IMG/VR virus record: IMGVR_UViG_3300037851_001030
Span: 1 to 64,000 of that record
Source of the DNA: a virus
Direction: 5' to 3' (one strand)
DNA: 64,000 nucleotides
Numbering within the stretch: position 1 is the first letter of the stretch; the number at the start of each line of letters is the position of its first letter. The notes under the pieces were generated by a model. It ran no database searches and was not told the DNA's origin. It saw nothing but the letters and a program-made list of their open reading frames with translations. This document shows positions 44,945 to 54,997 of this stretch, piece after piece. The position numbers were made by a program, and so were the translations under genes.

Positions 44945-45771
44945 CGCAACTCGAATGGAAGCTTCTTGCAAGAGAAGCCGGCGGCGCCCGGGTGCCCACC
45001 GCCGCCGTGCTGCTTGCAGAGGGCTCCACAGTCGATGTCTTCGCGCTCGGTGTAGACGCTGACGGTCCAGCCCCCCTTGCCCCAGCGGAAGGCGATCATG
45101 AGCGCGTGGCGCTTGGGGTCGAAGACCGCGGCGAAGGCCATGGACCCGTGCGCGCCGTTGATCGCGATCGCCTTGTGACCCTCGAACTTGGTCTCGAACG
45201 ACGTGGCCTTCGCGATACCTGCCTGGTCGTACTTCACGTACTCGTGGACCGCGCGGCCGCGCTCCATGACCCCGGACAGGTCAGCGTTGCGCTGTAGTAC
45301 GTGGTCCCAGATGACCTCGGCCGGACCGTGGGGCAGGCTCAGCATGCCGTACTGGAAGGGTAGCACGTCGGTGTCGCGCTTCTCGTCGTAGTCCCAGACG
45401 TCGAACTTGGACAGCAGCTCGATGGCCAGCGGTGGCTTGCCACCCTGAAAGTGATTCCAGGTCAGATAGCAGGCACCCACACCCTCTCTACAGTAGGGCG
45501 CCGGGAACTTGGCGGCCTTGGCCTCTTCGATCGCGCTCCTGTGATGGTCGATCCAGGTAAGGGACGCGGCCTGCTGACCTAGCTTCACCATCTCGGTGAA
45601 TGGCTGGAAGCTGAAGTCGACCATGATCACGTGACGCCCGCTCAGGTCCGGGATCGGGTCTTTGTAGTCCATGGCGCGTAGCTCGACGCCGTGGACCGCC
45701 CGTCGTACGATCGCCGCGCTCGACATTCCATCGAGGTCCGTGTGGTGGATGCAGATGATGGCGTCGCTCAT
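44941..45771 (-). CDS. DHH/DHHA1-family phosphoesterase (NrnA/RecJ-core-like), 276 aa
   Basis: Motifs in order: IHHTDLDG (DxD), VIMVDFS, WIDHHRS (DHH), and DHHA1-type HGGGGHPGAAGF. GGAGGTACC precedes the ATG. Confidence 0.85.
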   Translation of the reverse strand: MSDAIICIHHTDLDGMSSAAIVRRAVHGVELRAMDYKDPIPDLSGRHVIMVDFSFQPFTEMVKLGQQAASLTWIDHHRSAIEEAKAAKFPAPYCREGVGACYLTWNHFQGGKPPLAIELLSKFDVWDYDEKRDTDVLPFQYGMLSLPHGPAEVIWDHVLQRNADLSGVMERGRAVHEYVKYDQAGIAKATSFETKFEGHKAIAINGAHGSMAFAAVFDPKRHALMIAFRWGKGGWTVSVYTEREDIDCGALCKQHGGGGHPGAAGFSCKKLPFELR

Positions 45772-46043
45772 GGTACCTCCGCTTCGATCACTTCGTCGTA
45801 GGCTCCGATCTCGGTCAGGAGCCGCAGCGCATCCCGGACCTCACGGTCTATCACTTCGAGTTGCCGTCGTGTGTGCTCAATGCGGGCGCTATCGATCGCA
45901 CCTCGGACCTTGTCGGCCAGCTCCGCGCGCGCGTCCGAGATCGCGGCGTCGACCGCGTGCAGCGCCTCGAAGTCGGTGTGCAGGTTGTCGGTTGCTACCT
46001 TGAGGCGCTTGACCGCGTCGTAGAGCTTTTCTCGTGGTGTCAT
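45768..46043 (-). CDS. Hypothetical coiled-coil protein (91 aa)
   Basis: Full track ORF. ATGA overlap with the DHH gene. Confidence 0.6.
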   Translation of the reverse strand: MTPREKLYDAVKRLKVATDNLHTDFEALHAVDAAISDARAELADKVRGAIDSARIEHTRRQLEVIDREVRDALRLLTEIGAYDEVIEAEVP

Positions 46044-46057
46044 GCTACGTATAGTTC

Positions 46058-47167
46058 CTACAAGATCCCAGCCTTCTCCAGGCGGGACCGGATGAAGTCC
46101 TCTACGTTCCGCTTCCAGTATGGCACGCGAATGAGAACAACACCATAGTATCTAGCAAGACATCGCTTCCTGTTATCGGATCTCCGCGACTGTGCAAGCC
46201 GCTTACTACCGTAGCAGTTTTGATAGTGAAGAAAGCCTTGATATTCAAAGGCTACGCCGTGCTCTTTGTTGTAGCCATCGAGTTGCAGCGATCGCGTGCC
46301 ACGTCCACGGAGCCACGTGGGGCTACTTCGAGGGAACTTCCACCCCGTTAGGCGCTCAAAGATCAAACGAACTCTCTCCTCTTCTATGGACCCACCATTA
46401 CCTGTAGGAAAACAGTCTGGACAAAGGCGGTGACCACGAAGCACCTCGTGGCAACTTGATATCCATTCTGTGCCACATGCCCGACAGACCAAGGTAGTAT
46501 CATAAGAGATACCATAGTATTCGCCGATGATGCTGACCCCAATCTTGCGCAGTCGTTGAGCAACTCGAGACTGAGGAACGCGACGTTTTTCGGATACCTT
46601 TCGGTACTGGCATTTGGGACATCCACCATTGTCTGAAAAGATGTCGTGAGGGCGGGTCTTCCAACGGTATCCGCAGGTGGTACAGCGCGTGTTTACTTTG
46701 GTCCTGTTGTTTAGATACGTCCCCAGCAGTGTGAGCCCTCTCTCGGAGTATCGACGCTCCGCCTGTTTCTGTGTCACAGCCTTCGTTCTCGAACAGTGTG
46801 GGCACCCGCCATAGCTATTGATAGCCATTGATCGTACTCGGGCGGCCGGGCGCTTCCACGTCCCCTTACATCGGTCACAACGAAGGGCCACGCTCCGACC
46901 GGTTCTTGAAATCATGGAGAGACCAAAGGATTTCAGCCTCTTTTCTATCTCTCGATCCGTCAATTTCCTGTTCGGTCGGCAAAAAGGACACCGATTCGGA
47001 CCAGAGACGATGGACCGAAAAGCATCTCTTGTAGATGACCAGGTCTGCTTGCATCGCGTGCAGAGAACCTCTGATAATTCACGGGATGGATCGTGAATAT
47101 CCAACAAAATCAAGTTCTTACGTGATAGTCTACGACGGACTTCGGCGTCAGATAGTTTGGCTGGCAT
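46058..47167 (-). CDS. Free-standing homing-endonuclease-like protein: four zinc-ribbon modules plus a C-terminal PD-(D/E)XK-type nuclease domain
   Basis: Four C..C...W...(x)...CP.C modules (CTRCKQTW..CPFC, CDRCKGTW..CPHC, CTTCGYRW..CPKC, CRACGTEW..CPDC). C-terminus LQLDGYNKEHGVAFEYQGFLHY...VVLIRVPYW. Clearly more A/T-rich than the flanks. ATG 47167 is preferred over the GTG at 47176. Confidence 0.75.
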   Translation of the reverse strand: MPAKLSDAEVRRRLSRKNLILLDIHDPSRELSEVLCTRCKQTWSSTRDAFRSIVSGPNRCPFCRPNRKLTDREIEKRLKSFGLSMISRTGRSVALRCDRCKGTWKRPAARVRSMAINSYGGCPHCSRTKAVTQKQAERRYSERGLTLLGTYLNNRTKVNTRCTTCGYRWKTRPHDIFSDNGGCPKCQYRKVSEKRRVPQSRVAQRLRKIGVSIIGEYYGISYDTTLVCRACGTEWISSCHEVLRGHRLCPDCFPTGNGGSIEEERVRLIFERLTGWKFPRSSPTWLRGRGTRSLQLDGYNKEHGVAFEYQGFLHYQNCYGSKRLAQSRRSDNRKRCLARYYGVVLIRVPYWKRNVEDFIRSRLEKAGIL

Positions 47168-47185
47168 GCCAAACACTACGCCGTT

Positions 47186-47563
47186 TTAACCGGACCTTGA
47201 CCAGAAGTGGCCGCCTAGCGATGTTATCACGGCGACTACATCATCGCGGCTCAGTAGTTCGCGCTTGCGCGCGAGCGGCATGAACCAGGGGATGAGCGTG
47301 CCGTTTAGGCTTAGCTCTATGGGCTCAGCGAGCAGGATCGTATGGTAGACCTTCGTGAGCGTGCAGCTCGAGGCCGTCACTAGCACCAGGTCCTTGTGCT
47401 CGATTTTCTGGATCGCGTTAACGAGGAAGCAGCCTGCTGGCTCGCTTGGCTGGGTCTCGGCCAGGATGTCGCAGAGCCAGAACTCCTCGGGCTGAGGCTC
47501 GACCTTTGGCGCCACGCCGTTCGGGTGTAGCACGAGCGCGATCTTGCCGAGCGTCCGACTCAC
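47186..47563 (-). CDS. Hypothetical protein (125 aa), GTG start
   Basis: Full track ORF with GC-rich third positions. Confidence 0.55.
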   Translation of the reverse strand: MSRTLGKIALVLHPNGVAPKVEPQPEEFWLCDILAETQPSEPAGCFLVNAIQKIEHKDLVLVTASSCTLTKVYHTILLAEPIELSLNGTLIPWFMPLARKRELLSRDDVVAVITSLGGHFWSRSG

Positions 47564-47683
47564 GACGCGGTTGACGAACTGCGGACTCGACCCTTCACGG
47601 CCGAACCCATGACTGCGCGTGGGCCGCGGCGCGACGTCGTTTTCGAAAAAGCGTAGGACGGTTAGCGTTTTCGTTTTCCGAGT

Positions 47684-48586
47684 CTAGGGGACCTGAGCGT
47701 AAGGCCAGTAGATGACCTCGAGCACGGGGATCTTCAGGCTCTGGCCCGCGATGCCCGTAAACACTAGCTCTACGGTACCATTGTCAGTCCACACGGCGCT
47801 ACGATCAACGACGATCTCGTCCCAGGCGTAACCGACGCGTCCGAAAGCCGTGGTGTTGGCGACCGGCGTGCCGGCGCTGTCCCGTGCGAAGATCGCGACG
47901 GCCAGAGGCGCGTTGAACGCGCTCTTGATTCGTACGGAGTAGGGCCCGACGCCGTTGATGATTGGAAAGCTGATGCGCGCCGTTGTCTGGGTCACGATCG
48001 GGGTGCCGAGTGGTACGGAGAACACCGACTCGACGTTTGGCGCAGTGTATGTGGTAGTGTACGTGGTACCGGTTCCGAGTTCGGACGTGAAGGCCGGCGG
48101 TGTCACGCGGTAGGGCCGCCGATTGATGGCGAGCCGCAGGAGGTCCCAGGGATTCAGCTTCGGCGCGCTTGTGATGTGGTCAGTCGACAGTGCTACGCCA
48201 CCGCCCGGGTGTCGGATCCAGCCAAGGATCGTGCTGTCCGAGAACGGCGGGCTCGTGAGCAGAGAAGCTGTGATCGAGTACGTGACGGGGCCCCCGCCGA
48301 TGAGACCCATCGCGATCGGCTGGTAGCGGGAGAACACCGTGTAGTTCGTCGGCAGAGCCGGAGGGAACCCCAGCGGCGTGAGCGGCAGGTAGAAGGCGTC
48401 GGTTTCGACCACGAGTAGACCCGCTGGGATCAGAAACGAGCCCGCGTTGACCTTCAGCTCACCCGTGGTCGACGACGGCTCCAGGTCGAGGCCCTGGTAC
48501 ACCCCCGGATACATGAGGTTCGCATGGAGCTGGCTCCAGGCCTGCCAGTCATAGGGCGTTCCAGAGTCGGTCAGGCGCTTCTGCAC
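47684..48586 (-). CDS. Structural protein (300 aa)
   Basis: GTG start preceded by GAGGTG. Beta-rich composition. The N-terminal pattern resembles that of the two larger fibre-type proteins (5889..7994, 48595..50802). Confidence 0.75.
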   Translation of the reverse strand: MQKRLTDSGTPYDWQAWSQLHANLMYPGVYQGLDLEPSSTTGELKVNAGSFLIPAGLLVVETDAFYLPLTPLGFPPALPTNYTVFSRYQPIAMGLIGGGPVTYSITASLLTSPPFSDSTILGWIRHPGGGVALSTDHITSAPKLNPWDLLRLAINRRPYRVTPPAFTSELGTGTTYTTTYTAPNVESVFSVPLGTPIVTQTTARISFPIINGVGPYSVRIKSAFNAPLAVAIFARDSAGTPVANTTAFGRVGYAWDEIVVDRSAVWTDNGTVELVFTGIAGQSLKIPVLEVIYWPYAQVP

Positions 48587-48594
48587 GTTTCACC

Positions 48595-50802
48595 TCATGT
48601 CCATAGCAATACGGCCATGGCGTCGAGCGCCCAGCCAGCGGTTTCGATGCGCACGGTGTTGGCAACCGCGACCCAGAAACGCGCCGCGGTCTTGCCTGTG
48701 AGCGAGGTCGCGGTTGAGTACAGGCCGTAGGCGTAGGACGTCATCTGGACCCACGATCCCCAGCCCCCGGATACACCGTCCTGGAGCTGGACCCACACGC
48801 CGGGGATCAGAGGCGGCCGCCGGTCGCTCGGACTCGTGGAGCTGAGCACCACGCGGATCGTCGCGATGCCAGAGGGTAGCATGAGGGCCCGCGTCATGTA
48901 GCTCCGGTCGGCTCCGTCTGCCAGGCGGCTGCGCCCGGGCGACAGCTCGACCTGGAACGTACCGGTCGGCGACTCGCCCGCCACGATCATGGCCTCGAGA
49001 TCGCGCTGGCTGTCATACTGAGGCCGGCGGAAGTCTTCGAGGTAGGCGAACGACCGAGAGCCCGCGGGCTCGCTCAGGATCGGGCTGTGCACCAGGTTGT
49101 CGATTGCGATGAGGTTCGCGTTGTCGTAGCGCAAATCGTAGCGGACCGGCCTCATGTCGTGAAGAGCCGAGATCCGGGTTCCGTCCCACTGGATCGCAGC
49201 CGCCGGGCAGGAGTACGCGAGCGCCGGCACGTAGGCTGGGTCCATATGGACCCAGGCTGCCATGGCCGCGCTGGCCCCTGCGTTCGTAGCTAGCTCCAGA
49301 GATACGGAGGTCACGCTGCGGAAACGGATCGAGGTCTTCTTGAACTGCGCCTCCCAGGTGGCAGCATAGGGCAGAGACGGCGGCGCGCTCCAGGTGCTGT
49401 CGAACGTCAGCAGCTCGGAGCCGGACGCGCCCGTCGCGTCATCGATGCCCGTGACGCGAATTCGGACGTCGAGCGTGGGTCCGGCAGCGGCTCCGTCAAG
49501 CGCCACGATCACGCGCCCGGGCCCGAGCGGGGTGATCGTGGGCGTGATCCCCGTCGCCATATCTGAGAGCTTGGTCCGGCAGATCAGGACCTGGGGGTTC
49601 TTCACGATCGCGGCGTTCGCCAGGAACAACCGATAGGCCATCGGGATGGGCCCGACGTCGCCCAGAGTGTCTGTGAGCGTGAGCGCGGAGTCCGTGACGT
49701 AGATCTTGCCGTTGGCGATGACAGCCTCTCCCGTGCCCGGGGTGGCGGCCACAAACTGCGTGGGCGAGACCGTGGCCGGCGGTTCGAGCGCGGTCACGCG
49801 GACGGCCCTGACCGTCAGGTTGGTGGACGCCGGTACCACGTAGACGCCCGAGGGCTGATAGATGATGTTCGTACGTGGCAGGATCGCGAACGCGAACTCG
49901 ACGTCGCTCGGATCCCCGACCACGGATCCTAGCGCGACCGGATAGTAATCGAGACGGATATACTTGGACCCCGGCACACCCGTCACGGTTCCGCTGCCGT
50001 CGTCCGTCAGGATGCTACCCGCGAGTACTGAGGTCGTGCACAGAGTGCCCGGGATCCCGGGCAGGCCCTCGCGCGCGATCACGACCCCAATGTGCCGCGT
50101 GAGCGCTGGGATCAGCCAGTCGCCGACCTGGAAGTCGTTCAGCGAGTTGCCGTGCGGGTTCGTGTTCGAGACCGTGCCGCTGCCGACGGCCGTGCGGTGA
50201 CGGATGTCGACGGGAGAGAACCACGGCCGGAGCCAGGTGTACGACGATCGGCTGTGCGTGACTACTAGCGTCTTGCTGCCGGTCGACGAGACCTGAACCG
50301 AGACCACGGCCAAGGGCACGCTATCGTCCTTGATCGCCGCCTCGAGCGCCGTCCATTGCGTGATCGTGTAGCACACGATACGCGCGGACTCTGCGGGCCT
50401 CACGCGCTGGCTTGCGACCGGGGACCCGTAGGGGTTGTACTGGTTTCCGCCGTCGATCGTGTAGTGCTTGATCGTGACGACGTTCTGGGCCTCAGCGTCC
50501 ACCGAGGCCGGCGCTATTCCTACCACCGTGCTCGAGAGCCAGACGCGATGGCCGCTCGGCGTCACCGCGATCCCTGGCGCCACGTTCAGGACCAGATCGG
50601 AGACGGACACCGCGAGCGCAGACGGATAGGTCGCCGGGTCCGTATCGGCTATGATACCCGGAGACGCATACGCGCTGTAGTCGGGGTGGCCCGTCGTCAG
50701 GAGCATCCGCTCGAGGAACTCCTCGTTCATGACCCGCTGGTCGGTAGCCAGATCGGTCGAACTTGGCGAGGAGTTATAGTTCGCGCCCGGTAGCAGAGTC
50801 AC
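48595..50802 (-). CDS. Large structural or fibre-type protein (735 aa)
   Basis: GTG start preceded by AGGAG. Full track ORF. Confidence 0.8.
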   Translation of the reverse strand: MTLLPGANYNSSPSSTDLATDQRVMNEEFLERMLLTTGHPDYSAYASPGIIADTDPATYPSALAVSVSDLVLNVAPGIAVTPSGHRVWLSSTVVGIAPASVDAEAQNVVTIKHYTIDGGNQYNPYGSPVASQRVRPAESARIVCYTITQWTALEAAIKDDSVPLAVVSVQVSSTGSKTLVVTHSRSSYTWLRPWFSPVDIRHRTAVGSGTVSNTNPHGNSLNDFQVGDWLIPALTRHIGVVIAREGLPGIPGTLCTTSVLAGSILTDDGSGTVTGVPGSKYIRLDYYPVALGSVVGDPSDVEFAFAILPRTNIIYQPSGVYVVPASTNLTVRAVRVTALEPPATVSPTQFVAATPGTGEAVIANGKIYVTDSALTLTDTLGDVGPIPMAYRLFLANAAIVKNPQVLICRTKLSDMATGITPTITPLGPGRVIVALDGAAAGPTLDVRIRVTGIDDATGASGSELLTFDSTWSAPPSLPYAATWEAQFKKTSIRFRSVTSVSLELATNAGASAAMAAWVHMDPAYVPALAYSCPAAAIQWDGTRISALHDMRPVRYDLRYDNANLIAIDNLVHSPILSEPAGSRSFAYLEDFRRPQYDSQRDLEAMIVAGESPTGTFQVELSPGRSRLADGADRSYMTRALMLPSGIATIRVVLSSTSPSDRRPPLIPGVWVQLQDGVSGGWGSWVQMTSYAYGLYSTATSLTGKTAARFWVAVANTVRIETAGWALDAMAVLLWT

Positions 50803-50810
50803 GTTTGCTC

Positions 50811-52661
50811 CTATAGCAGGACCGCGCCCGCGTTCATGGATTCACCGCGGGGGTCAGGTCGCAGGAGGTCGAAGCTGGGCCACAGCGGCTTAACGAAGAG
50901 ACAGGACCCCGCCCAGTCGTCCTGTTCCAGGCGCACGACGGTGTTGTGTTCTATGAAGGCCGCGGCCGACTCCCGCGCCCACCATCCGTAGATTCGTACC
51001 ACGGTTCCAGGGTCCGACACCAGCCGAAAGTCGATAGCGGTTGCCTCGTCGTCTGTCGCCTGGAGCTGCACGATGACGAGGGCCGACGTACCGCTCAGGG
51101 TCGTTATCTGGTCCGCGTTGGGCGGAAGCCGAACGAGAGCTTGAGAGCCCGCGGGGAACGAGTACGACGGCAGCGGCGCGAGCGACAGGACCCAGCTCAG
51201 GCCGCCACCACCACCGGCCATACCGACGACCGTGAAGCCAGTTGTGGTGACAGCCTCGGTCAGGACGAGGTTTCCGGGCGTGCCCGAAACTCGTGCCACG
51301 AGCTGGGTTTCGTAGCCCACGGTCTTGACATCGAGGTCTAGGGTCTCACCTACCGACCCGCGCCAGCCAGAGATCGCCGCGCTGATGACGGCCGCCACCT
51401 GCTCTCGCGTGGTCACGTAGCGCAAGTCGATGGTGGTGCGTCCTGGTGTTGGTGTGAAGATATCGCTCACACGGAACTCAAAGACGACTGTCTGAGTCAC
51501 CAGCGTGTCGCTGTTGACGGCCGAGACTGTAATGGTCTCGTTGTCCAGAAACAGAGCCTTGGCCACGGCCGTGATCGAACCCGTCGCATGGGTTGTGGGT
51601 GGCGCCACGTGAGGTGCAAGCTTGGTGGTGAGCCGGAAGTGACCGTTGGCGTCACACGTAGCGTAGGCCACGGTGCCGGCAGCCGAGATCGAGCCCGCGT
51701 GGCAGTCCCAGAACAGGAGCTGATCGGCCCGGATGTTGGCCGTCATCACGGGCGCGTTATGGGCCCCTGTCAGGTAGGACGTGATCGCTGACCGGTCGCT
51801 GCGGTAGGACCGGTAGGTCACGCACTCGGTGTAGGCCGTATCCTTGATGATAGGTCCGCTAGCCCAGTCGATGAGGAACGGGCCGATGGGGCGAAGCGCA
51901 CGCGTTCCGTAGATCGGGATGGGTACGAAGTTCGAGAAGTACGCTGGGTACGCTCGAATGTAGACGACCTCATCGGTGGCCAGGGACCTCGCGAACGGCC
52001 TATCCAACGCGATCTGGTACTTGTAGCCTTCGACGTCGGTCTCGACCAGATCGACCTTGGTGAGCGTGTGCCGAACCGCTTGCTGGTAGGTGCCGGCGGT
52101 CACGGGCACCTCAAGCTGGTCACCCGGTGTCAGCCGCAGGATGCTCGCGATCCTCACGGTCGAGGTGCCGGCCGACTTCGGCTCCTCGATCGTGACCGGG
52201 AACGCGTGCACACGAAGACGCGCTCCGGCGGCCACCGGTTGGATTAGCGCTTCGGACAGCGCGATGCTGGTTGGAGTCCACGAGATGGCGGCCGCCCGCT
52301 GAACCGAGTTAACCTGGATCAGCGACTCGTCGAGCAAGTCGGTCGGTACGTGGTCCACCGTGAGGGCGCGGTCCCCGGTGGCAGCGGCCTGCGTGACGGT
52401 CACGAACATGTCGGGTCGCCAGATCGAACCTTGGGCTCCGAGCCGAACTGCGAACCTCGGCGTGCCCCGCATCCAGGGATCGATCGGAATGGCCAGGCCC
52501 CGGACCCTCACGTAGGCGGACGCGTCCGTCCACATGGACCGCGTGATCATGTCGCGGAGCGAGGCGACCGGACGGTAGCGCCCAAGGCTCTGCTGACCAC
52601 CGCCACCGGTCGACGGTGCTGTTCGCTCGGGGTAGCGCGTGCTCGAGGTCGTGACGGCCAT
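50811..52661 (-). CDS. Large structural protein (616 aa)
   Basis: ATG 52661 (MAVTTSSTRYPERTAP...) lies 1 nt after the upstream stop. The track ORF's 21 extra N-terminal codons overlap the upstream gene. Confidence 0.8.
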   Translation of the reverse strand: MAVTTSSTRYPERTAPSTGGGGQQSLGRYRPVASLRDMITRSMWTDASAYVRVRGLAIPIDPWMRGTPRFAVRLGAQGSIWRPDMFVTVTQAAATGDRALTVDHVPTDLLDESLIQVNSVQRAAAISWTPTSIALSEALIQPVAAGARLRVHAFPVTIEEPKSAGTSTVRIASILRLTPGDQLEVPVTAGTYQQAVRHTLTKVDLVETDVEGYKYQIALDRPFARSLATDEVVYIRAYPAYFSNFVPIPIYGTRALRPIGPFLIDWASGPIIKDTAYTECVTYRSYRSDRSAITSYLTGAHNAPVMTANIRADQLLFWDCHAGSISAAGTVAYATCDANGHFRLTTKLAPHVAPPTTHATGSITAVAKALFLDNETITVSAVNSDTLVTQTVVFEFRVSDIFTPTPGRTTIDLRYVTTREQVAAVISAAISGWRGSVGETLDLDVKTVGYETQLVARVSGTPGNLVLTEAVTTTGFTVVGMAGGGGGLSWVLSLAPLPSYSFPAGSQALVRLPPNADQITTLSGTSALVIVQLQATDDEATAIDFRLVSDPGTVVRIYGWWARESAAAFIEHNTVVRLEQDDWAGSCLFVKPLWPSFDLLRPDPRGESMNAGAVLL

Positions 52662-52662
52662 G

Positions 52663-52989
52663 TCAGTCCTTGTCCGGTGGCGGCCTTGAGTGCATGGCGA
52701 TGTATAGCTCGAGTGATAGGACAACTCGGTCCAGTACGTAGGCGATCGCCGCGCCGGCCAGCACGTAGAGCACCGTGTCCCGTCGCAGGAACTCGTGCGG
52801 GCCCCGGTAGAGTAGGTAGAGCCCGGTGCTGGTCCAGATCCCTGTGCAGAAGTGGCACGCTAGCATGCGTCGGAGGAACGCCAGACGGGATACAAGCCTC
52901 CGGGGCGCCGCGAATATCTCGGCGTCGCACGCGAGGAACGTGAGCCCGTAGGCCGCGAGCAAGAACAGACTGAGAGCGGATGGCCCCAC
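52663..52989 (-). CDS. Small multi-pass membrane protein (DUF1360-like pattern), 108 aa
   Basis: Hydrophobic spans LSLFLLAAYGLTFLA, CHFCTGIWTSTGLYLLY and VLYVLAGAAIAYVL. GTG start. Confidence 0.55.
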   Translation of the reverse strand: MGPSALSLFLLAAYGLTFLACDAEIFAAPRRLVSRLAFLRRMLACHFCTGIWTSTGLYLLYRGPHEFLRRDTVLYVLAGAAIAYVLDRVVLSLELYIAMHSRPPPDKD

Positions 52990-53010
52990 GTCGAAAGTCT
53001 ATGCCTGTAG

Positions 53011-54993
53011 CTAGCTTACGACAACCACTACTTCGTCGGCGGCGGTCGCTCGCTCTTCCGGACCGAAGACGGTGAGCGGCGGATAGTTGACGGTGAGCGC
53101 GAGCACGCGGATCGACCTCCGCGTGTGGAAACCCGCGGGGAAGTGGCCGACGGCGAGAGGGAAACGCGTGCCAACCACGTCGCTCGGGTTGTTAGATGAA
53201 ACGATACGAGCCCACAACATGACCTCACCGATGGGATCGGATATCACGTCGGGCGGCACCGCACAGTAATAGGTAGCGGACCAGCCGTTCTTCACGGCCT
53301 TCGCCACGGTCCCGGTCCAGATCGGCTGTTCGAGCGAGGCGTCCGCCGGTTCCACGGGACGAACAACCGCGGGGTTGTCCGCTTGGTAACCGCCCTTGCC
53401 CACTTGATATTGGTCGACGACCCACACCAAGCTGTCGCTGATCGAACGCGCGACATGTGCTTCGCCCACGGTGGTGAACGTGCAGACCATGGCCTCGGCC
53501 TCGGCCTCACGCGGTGGCACGTAGCCGACGTCGGCCAGGCACCAGCTACAGTCGAGCTTGCCGGATGCCAGCGCGAGTCCGAGCTGGAAGTTCAGAAGGT
53601 CGGTCGAGCGCCAGGGCTTGCCGATGGTAGGGTTCAGCCAGAAGTCCTCGGCCAGCTCGAGGAAGGCCGAGGACGTTACCTGGAACGGGCGCCCCACGTA
53701 GACGCGGCCGCTGATCCGGAGTACCGGGTGAACGACCGAGACCCCAACATAGCCAGGCGTCGTGCGCAAGCGCGCTCGCCAGCGCAGGCCATACCAGTTG
53801 GCCTCCGTGCTTTGGAGCACCTCGAACGTTATTAGCTTGGCAGATACCGTGGCGTCTGCCCGCAAGTAGCTGGCGTCGTTTGGGAGGTACGAGTTCACGT
53901 CCTCCCAGGCGGCCTCTCCCGCATTGGGCGCCACGATCGTCCACTCGTTGAACGTTCCCCCGCCCGTGGGCGCGAGCCGCACAATACCTTCGGGGCGAAG
54001 GCTAGCAAACAGCTCGAGAGCCGCGTAGGAAACTCGGGGTTCTCCCGCGAGCGTGGTGAGCCCCCACTCGGCTCCCGCCACCATCTCAGGGGTCCAACGG
54101 ACTGGACCCGTGAATGCCGGGCGGTAGGTGAATGGGACATAGGCCGACTGATAGATCGTGGGCTGTACCACCGTCCAGCGACCGGCCGGGCCCTCCACGG
54201 TTGATACGTCGTGAACGTGTGCCCCAACCGATCCGCCCTTGCCGCGCCAATGGAGCACGACGCGGTCGATCTGTAGCTCGTCCGGTAGAGCCGGGGGCTC
54301 GTCGGTCCGTAGTAGAATCGGAGCGCTGTTCTCGCCCTGAACGTACGATAGGTCTCCCGTGTCCTCGGCGACGGCCTGCGGCGCGCTCGCGGTTGCGGGG
54401 ACCGTCGTCCAGTCTAGGCCTGCGGACCCCGGCTCATTGAGAGGTACCGTACGGTAGGGCATGGGCTCGACCGCAACCGAGAGCCGCAGCTCCGAGACAC
54501 GGACGTCGCCCGAGGTCGCGAAGCCGAACGAGAAGTCGGTTGCCCGCAGCTCGGCTGCGGTCCAGCGGCGGCCGCTGAACGGAGACACCGGGTAGTGCAG
54601 CACATACCAGGCGTAGCCGACGGCGAACGCCTGCGCGGTGCCCACGTCCTCGCGTCCATTGACGCGGATCGTGGGCTGTGCGGTGCCCGTCCCCAGTGCC
54701 CGGATCAGGAGGCTGACGCCTGTGATGCGGTGGGGCGCGCCCGCGGGCAGGAGCACGGGCTCGAACGTGACCCGGAAGCTCGCGGCCGCCGCGGTGTTGG
54801 CCACGTATGTGGCGTCGGACGCGTCCGAGAACACCGTGAGCACCGGCGTTCCGTAGGGGGTCTCGACGAAGTCCTGGGGTACCCATGCGCGTGGATACAG
54901 TACGAGGCCCACGCCGCTCGGATAGGGGATCGCTACGTACTGCGCGTCCGTTGCGCGCGCACTCTCGGTGACCGTCACGTCCGTAGTTGCCAT
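53011..54993 (-). CDS. Large structural protein (660 aa) with N-terminal TESARATD motif
   Basis: Full track ORF, ATG start. Confidence 0.8.
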   Translation of the reverse strand: MATTDVTVTESARATDAQYVAIPYPSGVGLVLYPRAWVPQDFVETPYGTPVLTVFSDASDATYVANTAAAASFRVTFEPVLLPAGAPHRITGVSLLIRALGTGTAQPTIRVNGREDVGTAQAFAVGYAWYVLHYPVSPFSGRRWTAAELRATDFSFGFATSGDVRVSELRLSVAVEPMPYRTVPLNEPGSAGLDWTTVPATASAPQAVAEDTGDLSYVQGENSAPILLRTDEPPALPDELQIDRVVLHWRGKGGSVGAHVHDVSTVEGPAGRWTVVQPTIYQSAYVPFTYRPAFTGPVRWTPEMVAGAEWGLTTLAGEPRVSYAALELFASLRPEGIVRLAPTGGGTFNEWTIVAPNAGEAAWEDVNSYLPNDASYLRADATVSAKLITFEVLQSTEANWYGLRWRARLRTTPGYVGVSVVHPVLRISGRVYVGRPFQVTSSAFLELAEDFWLNPTIGKPWRSTDLLNFQLGLALASGKLDCSWCLADVGYVPPREAEAEAMVCTFTTVGEAHVARSISDSLVWVVDQYQVGKGGYQADNPAVVRPVEPADASLEQPIWTGTVAKAVKNGWSATYYCAVPPDVISDPIGEVMLWARIVSSNNPSDVVGTRFPLAVGHFPAGFHTRRSIRVLALTVNYPPLTVFGPEERATAADEVVVVVS

Positions 54994-54997
54994 CGTC

